A stretch of 30,125 bases of DNA from Gemmatimonadota bacterium (GTDB taxonomy: Bacteria; Gemmatimonadota; Gemmatimonadetes; Longimicrobiales; RSA9). The notes beneath the pieces were generated by a model, which did not search any database, was not told the DNA's origin, and was given only the letters and a program-made list of their open reading frames with translations. Positions 7,737-16,430 of this stretch are shown one piece after another. How positions within the stretch are numbered: position 1 is the stretch's first letter; the number at the start of each line of letters is the position of its first letter. The position numbers and the translations under genes were made by a program. The DNA is taken from positions 1 through 30,125 of the forward strand of contig JBBDRO010000065.1 in the NCBI GenBank assembly GCA_040905425.1. The letters run 5' to 3'.

Positions 7737-9496
7737 GGGAGCGGCGCTGGCGGCCGGGGCTGCGGGGGCGCTTTCTGCTCGTGGTGCTGGTGGCCGTGGT
7801 GCTGCCGCTGGTGGCCACCACCGCGTGGCTCGGCCGCTCGGTGCAGCGGGCCTCATTGGCGGCGGTGGAGCAACGGCTGGACCGTCAGCTCGTGGCCGCC
7901 GCCAACGAGGTGGGGCAGCGCTGGGTGGCGCTCCGTAGCCAGCTGCTGGACGTGGCGGAGGACTCGCTCGCGCGCGCCGTCCTGGCCGGCGACTCGGTGG
8001 CGGCCACGGCCTGGCGCGAGCGCTGGCGCGGCGCCGTGCCCGCCGCGTCCCACGTCGAACTCATCGATGCGGCGGGGCGCCCGCCGTTCACGCTGCGTAC
8101 CACGGGTGGCGCGGGCCGAGCCGCTGCGTCCGCACAGATGGTGCGCGTGGCACTGCCGGTGCACGCGCCCGACGGCCGCCGCGCCGGCACCCTCATCGCG
8201 GCCTTCTGGCCCGGGGCGCTCATCCCCGAGCATTTCGGCTTCGGCGGCGCGGCCGCGCTGCCGGGGGTCCTGGCGCCGGATGGATCGCCGCTGGGTAGCA
8301 TGCCAGAGGGCGTCCGTCTGGACCTGCCGTCGTTCCGCTGGCAGGGGGAGGCGTGGCTCACCCGCACCTTCGTGCTGCACGATCCGCCCCTCACGCTGGC
8401 GCTCGCGGCCCCGGTGACGCCGCCGGAATCCTTCGCGGCCGCGGCGCAGCGCGGCCTGCTGGTCCTCCTGCTGGTGCTGGCGGGCACGCTGGTGCTGGCC
8501 ACGCTGCTGACCCGGAAGGTGACGGCGCCGCTGGAGCGTCTCTCCGCTACGGCGGGTGAGGTGGCCCTCGGTCGCTTTGAAGGAAGTGTGCACGAAGCCG
8601 GGCCGCCGGAGGTGCGTCAGCTGGCGCGAGCCTTCAATACCATGGTGGACAGCCTGCGCGGCCTGGTGCGCCGCCTGGGGCAGCAGGAGGCGGCGGCCGC
8701 GGTTGGGCAGTTCGCCGCCTCCCTGGCGCACGAGGTGCGCAACCCGGTGACGGCCGTGCGCCTGGACCTGGAGCGCGCCGCCGACCGGCTGGCTCGCGGC
8801 GAGCACGCGGACGATCTCCTGCGACGCGCCCTGGAGCAGGTGGACCGCCTGGACGCCACGGTGCAGGGCACCCTGCGCATTGCTCGCAGCGGCAACCTGC
8901 GCTTGCAGCCGATCGATCTCCGCCAGCCGGTGGCCGCCGCCCTGCGTAGTGCCGCCCCGGCGTTCAGGGAGCGCCGCCTCCCGCTCCCGTCCTGGCCACG
9001 TCAGGACCGCAGCGTTCCTGTTCAAGGCGACGTCGCCGCGCTGCAGCAACTGCTCCTCAACCTTCTCCTGAACGCCGCGGAGGCGTCCGCGGCCGCGGCT
9101 GCGCAGACGCGTGTCACGGTGGAGCTGCGCAGCGCGGGCGCCGAGGTGGAGCTCCGCGTTGTGGATGCTGGCGTGGGGATGACGCCCGAGCAGGTGGAGC
9201 GCGCCTGCCAGCCGTTCTACACTACGAGCGCGGATGGCACCGGGCTCGGGCTCACCATCGTGCGGCGCATCGCAGAGGCCCACGGCGCCGAACTGCGCGT
9301 GGACAGCCGGCCGGGGGAGGGGACCACGGTGCGCGTGGTGTTCGAGCGCGCCGGTGAGGTCGGTGCGGCCGCCGCGGCGGATGGGGTGGACGGAGCGGAT
9401 GAAGTGGACGGGGCGGATGCGGTGGATCGGTCTGATGCGGAACCGGCACGAAGCGTAACGCCCGCCGCGCCAGCCGGCGCCCCGCCGAGGCGCTAA
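7733..9496 (+). CDS. membrane sensor histidine kinase (HAMP-HisKA-HATPase)
   Basis: Two TM segments, HAMP (PLERL...EVRQLARAFNTM), H-box AHEVRNP, N-box NLLLNAAEA, DAGVGM, GTGLGL; ATGA-coupled to the regulator. Confidence 0.93.
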   Translation: MRERRWRPGLRGRFLLVVLVAVVLPLVATTAWLGRSVQRASLAAVEQRLDRQLVAAANEVGQRWVALRSQLLDVAEDSLARAVLAGDSVAATAWRERWRGAVPAASHVELIDAAGRPPFTLRTTGGAGRAAASAQMVRVALPVHAPDGRRAGTLIAAFWPGALIPEHFGFGGAAALPGVLAPDGSPLGSMPEGVRLDLPSFRWQGEAWLTRTFVLHDPPLTLALAAPVTPPESFAAAAQRGLLVLLLVLAGTLVLATLLTRKVTAPLERLSATAGEVALGRFEGSVHEAGPPEVRQLARAFNTMVDSLRGLVRRLGQQEAAAAVGQFAASLAHEVRNPVTAVRLDLERAADRLARGEHADDLLRRALEQVDRLDATVQGTLRIARSGNLRLQPIDLRQPVAAALRSAAPAFRERRLPLPSWPRQDRSVPVQGDVAALQQLLLNLLLNAAEASAAAAAQTRVTVELRSAGAEVELRVVDAGVGMTPEQVERACQPFYTTSADGTGLGLTIVRRIAEAHGAELRVDSRPGEGTTVRVVFERAGEVGAAAAADGVDGADEVDGADAVDRSDAEPARSVTPAAPAGAPPRR

Positions 9497-9550
9497 ATGT
9501 TTGCCCTGCAGGCGGTTGGCTGTTCGTGCGCCGCGCGGCACGGGACTGGT
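9448..9550 (+). promoter_or_regulatory. putative enhancer plus sigma54-like promoter of the beta-propeller gene
   Basis: ACGAAGCGTAACG (9448-9460) matches 6285-6297 at 12/13; CGGCACG-GGAC-TGGT at 9536-9550 (imperfect -12). Confidence 0.45.
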
Positions 9551-9597
9551 TGAGAGAGGGCGGCCATGTCACGTGCCCACTCTGATGTGAGGACCTC

Positions 9598-11430
9598 ATG
9601 AAGCGCTCTGCCCTGCTCCTGCTCATCCTGCCACTGCTCATGCCCCTGACCGCCTGCGACGGCGCCCGGGAGCGCCTGGCCGGCGCCCTCAGCGCGCAGG
9701 TGGACACGTCGGCCACCACGCGCCGGTTGCTCGATGCGGAGGCGGTGGCGGGGCTGCGCGGCGCCGTAAGTGAGTTCCGGCTCCTCCCCGACGGCAGCGG
9801 CGCGCTGGCAGCGGACTGGGAGACGGGCGAGCTGGTGCTGGTGGACCTGAAGGCCGGCTCATCCCGCGAGCTCACGCACAATGTGGGTTTCTTCGATCCT
9901 GGGTATGCGTGGAATCCGATCATCAGTCCCGATGGCACGCGAGCTGTCTTCCACTGGGTGGCCAGCGGTGCGCCCGGTCCGGACTCCCTCTTCGTTGTGG
10001 AGCTTCCGGACGGCGAGCCGCGTGCGCTGTTCGAGGTGCCGGAGCGTTTTACGGGTTACGACTGGTCGCCCGACGGCACCGTGCTCGCCGGCTTCCACAC
10101 CACCGAAGCACGCGAGCGCGAGGTGGCGCTGCTGCACCTCGAGGATGGGCGGTTGGAACGGGTGGTGGGCGGTGTCGGATCGTCCGGCGTATACATCGAG
10201 CGGATGGAATTCTCCCCCGATGGCCGCTACCTGGTATTCGACGCGCCGGAGCCGGCCGATTCTTTCCATTTGGACCTCAAGCTCGTGGACATCGCTGCGC
10301 GTGAGCTCCGGCCTTTGGTGGCGCACTCTGGCAATCAGAGGCTGCTCGGCTGGGTGCCCGGCACGGACCGGATCCTCTACCTGAGTGACGCCCTCGGCAC
10401 CCCCGCCGCCTGGCTCCAGCACGTCACGAACGGTCGGACGAGCGGCGAACCCGTACTGGTCAAGCCGGACCTGTGGAACGCGGGCGCCGTGGGGCTCACC
10501 GAATCCGGCAATCTGCTCTACCACGTGAGCAGTCGTTCAAGGAACGTCTTCGCAGTAGACCTGAACGCCCGCACCGGAGAGCTAGGTGAGCCGCGGGCGC
10601 TGCTGCCGCGCGTCGCCATGCCGAAGGGCGGCGCCGCCGCCGTGTCCCCCGACGGACGGGCCATCGCTGTCGGGATCGGCACCGACCCCGGCGCAAAGGT
10701 CCTCATCCGCAGCCTGGAGACGGGGCTGGTGCAGGAGTACCCGCTGCCGGCGTCGTGGACCTGGGTCATGCCGGAGTGGCTGGAGGACGGCAGCGGGCTG
10801 CTGCTCCGTGTCAGTACCTCGGATATCGAGCAGCCCATGTTCCGCCTGGACTTCGGCAGCGGTGAGCTTACCCGTGTCGAATTGGGAGATGTCCAATTCC
10901 GCCCCTACCTGGTGGGGCTGCTCCCGGGCACCGACTCCATGCTCGTCCTCCTCCATTCGGAGGAGGGTGAAAGTCCCCGCTGGAACGAGCTCGTGATGCG
11001 GGACCTGGCCACCGGAGGCGAACGGTCGATCGTGCGCGAAGAGGCGTGCGCGATCATGCGGCCCGCCCTCGGACCCCAGGGACAGGTGGCCTACCGACGC
11101 CGCCGGGTTGGAGAGGATGCCGCGTATCTCGTGGCGCGCGACGCCGGCGGCCGCCTGCTCCTCCAATTGGAGGACAGGGATTACTTCGACCTGCTCTGGC
11201 ACCCCGATGGGACGTTGTTGTGGGCCAAGGACAGCGACCCTCAGGGCAATTCCCGCCTCCATCGCCTACCCATGGACGGCGGCGAGATCACGTCCGTTCC
11301 CATTGAGCATAACAATCCGATCTTTTCGCGGCTCTCCCCCGACGGCACGCGGCTCATCTACACCGCCGGCACGGGCGCCAGCGAGCTCTGGATCCTGGAG
11401 AACCTGCCGCTGGGTGGGGCGGGCGGGTGA
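9598..11430 (+). CDS. TolB-like/PD40 beta-propeller lipoprotein
   Basis: Signal peptide with lipobox-like LTAC; repeated SPDG motifs (ISPDGT, WSPDGT, FSPDGR, VSPDGR, LSPDGT); GAGGA RBS upstream. Confidence 0.8.
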   Translation: MKRSALLLLILPLLMPLTACDGARERLAGALSAQVDTSATTRRLLDAEAVAGLRGAVSEFRLLPDGSGALAADWETGELVLVDLKAGSSRELTHNVGFFDPGYAWNPIISPDGTRAVFHWVASGAPGPDSLFVVELPDGEPRALFEVPERFTGYDWSPDGTVLAGFHTTEAREREVALLHLEDGRLERVVGGVGSSGVYIERMEFSPDGRYLVFDAPEPADSFHLDLKLVDIAARELRPLVAHSGNQRLLGWVPGTDRILYLSDALGTPAAWLQHVTNGRTSGEPVLVKPDLWNAGAVGLTESGNLLYHVSSRSRNVFAVDLNARTGELGEPRALLPRVAMPKGGAAAVSPDGRAIAVGIGTDPGAKVLIRSLETGLVQEYPLPASWTWVMPEWLEDGSGLLLRVSTSDIEQPMFRLDFGSGELTRVELGDVQFRPYLVGLLPGTDSMLVLLHSEEGESPRWNELVMRDLATGGERSIVREEACAIMRPALGPQGQVAYRRRRVGEDAAYLVARDAGGRLLLQLEDRDYFDLLWHPDGTLLWAKDSDPQGNSRLHRLPMDGGEITSVPIEHNNPIFSRLSPDGTRLIYTAGTGASELWILENLPLGGAGG

Positions 11431-11483
11431 GGTGGGCGGGCGGGTGAGGTGCGCGCCCCGCGCCGGCGGCGGCCACCGCCGCC

Positions 11484-11940
11484 CTACGCTGCCCCGGTCG
11501 CCGGGCGGGCCGGCGCCCGGGCCAGCGCCTGCGCCACGTCCACCAGGACCGCTTCGCTGTCGTGCCGCAACCGCCGCGCTGTCAGGCGGATGACCGTCAC
11601 GCGGTGGCGGCCGCGGCCCGAGTCGTCTTCGCGGTCTTCCTCGAAGTTGCGGCGCGATTTGTGGAAGCGGTAGCCGTCGAGTTCCACCACCACGCCCTCA
11701 TGCCGCCAGAGGAAGTCCACCTCCCGACCCATGAACTGGGCGTTCACCTCGGGGGCGGGTAGCCGGGCGCGCCTGACCATGGCAAGGAACGTCTCTTCGA
11801 GTGGCGAGCGGGTGAACGCGGGCCCGGCGGCGGCGTCCAGCAACTCCCGCAGCTGACGCATGCCGGCGCGTGAGGGGTGGCGCGCCGCGAGTGCGCCGAC
11901 GTCCTCCAGGGTCACCAGGTTATGGCGCTCCGCCCGGGCG
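11484..11940 (-). pseudogene. 5'-truncated AbiEi/DUF559 endonuclease gene
   Basis: TRSPLEE...EVDFLWRHEGVVVELDGYRFH...VIRLT aligns to the C-terminal half of 15179-16291; homology stops near 11940 and the N-terminal AbiEi domain is absent. Confidence 0.7.
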
Positions 11941-12099
11941 CGGTGGCCGCGAGCACGTGGGACGGTTGGGCGCGGTCTGCATAAGTGCGCGGCCCCTGGC
12001 ACGACGTGCTCCGCCGTGCCACCTTAGCCAGCGCCATCCTCGACCGCATCTTCCGTCGGCCCCGCCGCCCGAGCCCGAGAGGAGGACCGCCCGCCGGCC

Positions 12100-13548
12100 A
12101 TGCGTATGCGTCTGCTCGCCGCCGCCGCCACCGCCGCCCGTGTCCTGGCGGGCGTCTTCGTGGGGATTGCTGCGCTGCTCCCGCTGCTGCGGGCCGTCGG
12201 CCTGGTGGACTGGACGTGGGTCGTGGTCACGGCTCCGCTCGCGGCGGTGGGCGCGTGCGCCCTCGGCGCCGGGGTATGGCGCCGCCTGGCCCCTGCTGTC
12301 GTGGAGCCGTGGCGCCGGCTGCTGCGCGTTGGCGGGGTGGTGCTCACGCCGGCGCCCGCGCGGCTCGAGCGGCTTCCGGAGGACACCGGCCCCCACGCTA
12401 TCCTGGCCAAGCATCCCGAACTCCTTGCAGCGCTGTGTCTGGGCTTCCGCACGCGGCGGCGGACCAGTCGGGTGCTCGGTCGCCCCGTGAGCGACGGCTG
12501 GGGGATCTATGAGGCGGCCACGGCGGGGGCGCCGGAGTGCTTTGAGGTGCTGTCGGAACTGGCGGCGCTGCACACGCATGCATATGCCGTGAAGGGACAG
12601 CGCGAGGACGGGGCCCTTCCTTCCGAATCCAAGATGCTCAAGCGCGCCAGCCGTGCCTTCCGCAACTGTGCCGTCAAGGCTAAAGCGGGACGCACGAACG
12701 TGAGCTGTACGTTCGAGCATGTGGTGGTGATGTTCGGCACCCAGGTGCCGAGCAGGGACGAGAAGCTGCGCGCGGAGGTGCCGCGCCTGCGCTCGCTGCT
12801 GGAATGGAAGTACCCTCGGCTGGCGGAGGGCCGCGTCGAGGCCGAAACGCCGGCGGCCGAGATCGAGCGGCTTGAACGTGAGCTGGTCCGCGAGCGCAAC
12901 GAGATCACTCGCGCGCGGCGTGACGCGGAGCGCCAGCGGCGCAAACTGGAGGACGCCCGCGGGGCGCTCGCTGAGGCCGAGGCGGACCGGAAGGCGCGCA
13001 AGGCCAGCGCCCGGGCCACGCGCCAGCGGGCACGGGCCGAGGCGCGCGCCGAACAGGAGGAGGCGCTGGCGGAGCTGCGCGCCGCGCTGGAGGAGGAGCG
13101 GGCCGCGCGGCAGCGCCAGACCACGCGCTTCGAAGCGGAACGGGAGCGGCTCGCCGCGGCCTACGAGACGCTCCGCGCGGATCACGACGCGCTCGAGGCG
13201 GCCCTCTTCGAGCAGGACGGGGACGCGGACGAGGAGAGGGAGGTCCCCGACGTCCTCCTGCCCGGCGTGCGCATCCTGCTGGTGGGCGGACACGAGGGCC
13301 AGCTGCCCACCCTGCGGGCCTTCCTGGCGGAGCGCGGCGTGCAGCTCCTCCACCAGGACGGCCCGACCGCGGCCGACCGCGTGGGCGGCATGGACCTGGT
13401 GGTCCTCTGGGTCCGCTGGGTCAGCCACCCCACGGCCGCCGCCGTGAAGCGGGAGTGCAGCGTCCGCGAGGTGCCGATCGCGTACTGGAAGCGTGTGTCG
13501 CCGGAGAGTCTGCTGGCTGTGGTGGCGGGGACGTTGGCGGCGCGGTAG
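12100..13548 (+). CDS. membrane-anchored coiled-coil protein with C-terminal DUF2325-like domain (paralog 2)
   Basis: Same architecture as 4354-5811 with identical blocks (HPELLAALCLG, SCTFEH, ADHDALEAALF, SPESLLA); GAGGAGG upstream. Confidence 0.8.
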   Translation: MRMRLLAAAATAARVLAGVFVGIAALLPLLRAVGLVDWTWVVVTAPLAAVGACALGAGVWRRLAPAVVEPWRRLLRVGGVVLTPAPARLERLPEDTGPHAILAKHPELLAALCLGFRTRRRTSRVLGRPVSDGWGIYEAATAGAPECFEVLSELAALHTHAYAVKGQREDGALPSESKMLKRASRAFRNCAVKAKAGRTNVSCTFEHVVVMFGTQVPSRDEKLRAEVPRLRSLLEWKYPRLAEGRVEAETPAAEIERLERELVRERNEITRARRDAERQRRKLEDARGALAEAEADRKARKASARATRQRARAEARAEQEEALAELRAALEEERAARQRQTTRFEAERERLAAAYETLRADHDALEAALFEQDGDADEEREVPDVLLPGVRILLVGGHEGQLPTLRAFLAERGVQLLHQDGPTAADRVGGMDLVVLWVRWVSHPTAAAVKRECSVREVPIAYWKRVSPESLLAVVAGTLAAR

Positions 13549-13827
13549 GGGGGTGGCGGGGGCGGGGGCGGGGGTGGCGGGGCGCGCTGCATAGGGGTAC
13601 GGCGAGACGGGAGGGCGGCACGGGCTGCCTGAGCGCCCGGTTCGAGGGGCTGGTGGTAGTGCTGCCGGCACATGTGGCCGGAGCGTGCCATGTCGATGTC
13701 CCGGGCGGCTATGGTGGCGAACGGTTGGGAGGACCATCGTTATGGGCACGGTCTTTCAACGCGTCGCGGAGCATCATCTCGAAGCGGTACTGGATACTTC
13801 GAAGAGTTAGCCCTGAGGAGGTGGCCG

Positions 13828-14115
13828 GTGGCCCAGGAACACCTGATCTACAACGGCGTGAGAGTCATCGCAGGCTGGCCGGAGCAGATCGAGGCAGCGC
13901 AGTCTGAAACGGCCGTCGTGGTCAACGGCGTGCTCAGGTCGCGGGTGCCGTATGGTCAGGAGGGCGGCAGGTGGACTGCCGATCGCGCGTGCCACGACTG
14001 TGCGGTGGTGCGGGGGCAGTATCATGTTCCGGGCTGCGACGTCGAGCGTTGTCCCGCCTGCGGGGATCAACTCATCGGCTGTGACTGTGAGTTCGATGGC
14101 CATGACGAGGAGTAG
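13828..14115 (+). CDS. small Cys/His-rich putative metal-binding protein
   Basis: GAGGAGG RBS at 13815-13821, GTG at 13828; CHDC...HVPGCDVERCPACGDQLIGCDC. Confidence 0.7.
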   Translation: MAQEHLIYNGVRVIAGWPEQIEAAQSETAVVVNGVLRSRVPYGQEGGRWTADRACHDCAVVRGQYHVPGCDVERCPACGDQLIGCDCEFDGHDEE

Positions 14116-14140
14116 ACCGTGTGGCGGTGCTGCGGCCGGA

Positions 14141-14349
14141 GTCTGCATAAGTGGGCGGCCTGCGGGCGGTGGTGTGTCAGCGGATGCGCACGCGCGGGGG
14201 TCGGCGGCCGCGGTTGTGGGATTCGTCGGAATTATTGCGATCAGACCCGCACGCGCGAAACCGGCGGAGGAGCGTGCGGCTTTCGTGGGAATTATTGCTG
14301 CTAACGCCGCGAACGTTCGGGGCGGAGCGTGCACGTGTGGGTTTGGTTG
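14141..14349. repeat. composite palindromic element, copy B
   Basis: Begins GTCTGCATAAGT; cores GGAATTATTGC at 14228 and 14288 (60 bp apart) flank AGACCCGCACGCG...GCGTGCGGCTTT; ends GTGGGTTTGGTTG. Confidence 0.85.
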
Positions 14350-14457
14350 GGCGGGCGGCTAGCGGAGCCCGCCAGCGCGCACTTCTCGTCCCTTCCAGGC
14401 ACGGATCCACCCCGTATCAGGCCCAATGGCGGAGTGTTATGCGTCGCGGCTGGCCGC

Positions 14458-14508
14458 TTGACACGCGGCAACGCCCCGGGTTAGCGTTAGTGTGACTATA
14501 GTCTCACT
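14458..14508 (+). promoter_or_regulatory. promoter and palindromic operator of the AbrB-Doc module
   Basis: TTGACA (14458), 18-nt spacer, TAGCGT (14482); AGTGTGACTA|TAGTCTCACT palindrome (9/10) at 14489-14508. Confidence 0.65.
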
Positions 14509-14525
14509 CATACTGGAACCCTATT

Positions 14526-14759
14526 ATGAACACGTTGACGAGCCGGACGCGCGCGCAGGGCGCCTCGGTGGTCACCACGCTTCCGGCTGAGGTCGTTCGC
14601 CGGCTCGGCATCCCGGCTGGCCAGGAACTGGCATGGATCGAGGATGGGCTCGGTGGCTTTCGCGTAGTCCCGCACACCCCGGAGCTTACGGAAGCCCTGG
14701 ACGCGCATGAAGCCATCATGGCGGAGTACGAGAGCGTCTTTCGCGAGTTGGCCAGGTGA
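14526..14759 (+). CDS. AbrB/MazE/SpoVT-family antitoxin
   Basis: RAQGASVVTTLPAEVVRRLGIPAGQEL swapped-hairpin pattern; C-terminal IMAEYESVFRELAR typical of Doc-associated antitoxins; GTGA overlap with the toxin. Confidence 0.85.
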   Translation: MNTLTSRTRAQGASVVTTLPAEVVRRLGIPAGQELAWIEDGLGGFRVVPHTPELTEALDAHEAIMAEYESVFRELAR

Positions 14760-15166
14760 CCTCGGGGGCCTCACCCGACGAGCCACGATGGGTGACGGAA
14801 ACCATGCTGCTGGCCATCCATGCCCGGCAGATCGAGCGCTATGGCGGTGCGCATGGGACACTGGATCCGAACGTCGTGCGGTCCGTGCTGGCGCGCCCGA
14901 TCCATCGATGGGCCTATGAGGAAACGGCGGACCTTGCGGACTTCGCCGCCGCCTACCTCGTGGGATTCGCCCGGTCGCAGGGCTTCAACGACGGCAACAA
15001 GCGCACAGGCTTGGCCTGTGCGCTCGTGTTTCTAGCATTGAACGGGCACGCGCTTCACCGCCCGCCGAAGGAGCTCTACGCGCTCGTGATGCAGGTGGCT
15101 ACCGGCCAAACCGATGATGCCGCAGTGGCTGCGTATTTTCGCGCGGGGATGGTGAGGAAGGTCTGA
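14756..15166 (+). CDS. Doc/Fic-family toxin
   Basis: AIHARQIERYGGAHG, SVLARP, and Fic-like motif QGFNDGNKRTG. Confidence 0.9.
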   Translation: MTSGASPDEPRWVTETMLLAIHARQIERYGGAHGTLDPNVVRSVLARPIHRWAYEETADLADFAAAYLVGFARSQGFNDGNKRTGLACALVFLALNGHALHRPPKELYALVMQVATGQTDDAAVAAYFRAGMVRKV

Positions 15167-15178
15167 CATTGCTCGCAG

Positions 15179-16291
15179 CTAGTGCTGGCTCGTGCGGCCA
15201 TTCAATCCCACGTCATAAAGCGCCAGCGCCCGTGCGATATCCGCCACCACCGCCAGCGGCTCGGCCGTGATGTCCTGCCAGGTCAACCGGATGACGCGCA
15301 GATTGGCCTTCACGAGGTCCCTGTCCCGGCGGCGATCATCCTGGAATTTGGCGCGGCTGCTATGGAAGGCAAAGCCGTCCACCTCCACCACGAGCCGCTC
15401 GCGACGCCAGAGGAAATCCCGCTCCTTCCCCTCGAAGAGCACGTTGGTCTCGAACGTGGTCAGCCCCGCATCCGTCATCAGCCTGCGGAAGCTCGATTCG
15501 GCCTCGGATCTGACAAAGGCCGGGCCTCCCTCGATGGCCAGCACCTGGCACAGGACGCGCGTGCCCGGGCGGCCCTTATGGCGCTCCAGCAGCCGTTTCA
15601 TCTGAGCGACCGTCACCAGGCCCAAGCGCTCGCCGCACGCCACCATCCGTTCCACCTCACGTCCATCCCGCGAGGCCGCCGCCAGATCGAAGATCGTCCG
15701 GGCGGGCGTGGTGATCGGGATGCCGCGCAGTTCCGTCCTCTCATCCTCCTCCATTCCGCGTACTACGTGCACGTGCAGGCTGCCTCCCGACCCCCTGCCC
15801 GCCCGCCGCACGGTCACCTCCACCGGGACGCCGGCCCCCGGGGAGCGCGCCAGCTCCCAGAGCGCCGCCGCACTGCCGCCGCTCAGCATGGCCGTCGGCC
15901 CACACGCCAGCACGGCAGCCATCTCCCGCTCGCAAGGCGCGGACAGCGGGCCCACCCCGTAGACGCCCGAATGCAGCCGCCGCAGCCGCTTCTTCTGGTT
16001 CCGGTAGTTGATCGCATACACCGAGACTCCGGCCTCCAGCAGCTGCTTCCGTGTCACCACGCCATGCTGGCGTGCGGCCAGCCGCCGGATGATGGAGTCG
16101 GGGTCCGTGCGCGCGGGGTCCGTGCGCGCGGGTTGCGTCCGGGCGGGTTCCGGCTGGGCGGGGTCCATCTGGGCGGGTTCCGGCTGGGCGGGGTCCATCC
16201 GGGCGGGTACTGTCCCGGCCGGTGTGGCGTTCATGCCGCCACTTCGTGGTGGGCCGCCAAATGCGGTTCGACGGTCAGTGAGGGTGCTCAT
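15179..16291 (-). CDS. AbiEi-like N-terminal HTH plus DUF559 (Vsr-like) endonuclease; start uncertain
   Basis: LAARQHGVVTRKQLLEAG...LRRLHSGVY; GIPITTPARTIFDLA; RSEAES; DFLWRRERLVVEVDGFAFH...DRRRD...VIRLTW. Confidence 0.85.
   Translation of the reverse strand: MSTLTDRRTAFGGPPRSGGMNATPAGTVPARMDPAQPEPAQMDPAQPEPARTQPARTDPARTDPDSIIRRLAARQHGVVTRKQLLEAGVSVYAINYRNQKKRLRRLHSGVYGVGPLSAPCEREMAAVLACGPTAMLSGGSAAALWELARSPGAGVPVEVTVRRAGRGSGGSLHVHVVRGMEEDERTELRGIPITTPARTIFDLAAASRDGREVERMVACGERLGLVTVAQMKRLLERHKGRPGTRVLCQVLAIEGGPAFVRSEAESSFRRLMTDAGLTTFETNVLFEGKERDFLWRRERLVVEVDGFAFHSSRAKFQDDRRRDRDLVKANLRVIRLTWQDITAEPLAVVADIARALALYDVGLNGRTSQH
16102..16208. repeat. 15-bp in-frame tandem repeat (about 7 degenerate units)
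   Basis: Units such as GGGTCCGTGCGCGCG and GGTTCCGGCTGGGCG encode MDPAQ/PEPAQ/TDPAR pentapeptides. Confidence 0.8.
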
Positions 16292-16430
16292 GGGGTCACC
16301 TCGTGGTAGGCGTCTCGCGGCGATGCGGCATGCCGACGGTTCGGCGGACGGTGGTTCCGGTGTGGACATCCTCAGGGTGGGGGCTGGGCGGGGGCGGCGG
16401 AATGGCGGGATGGGACAGATTGGCGGCGGG

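Noticed and set aside
13600..15200. Integron cassette array (small ORF plus TA pair)
   Set aside because: No convincing RYYYAAC...GTTRRRY attC boxes and no integrase visible.
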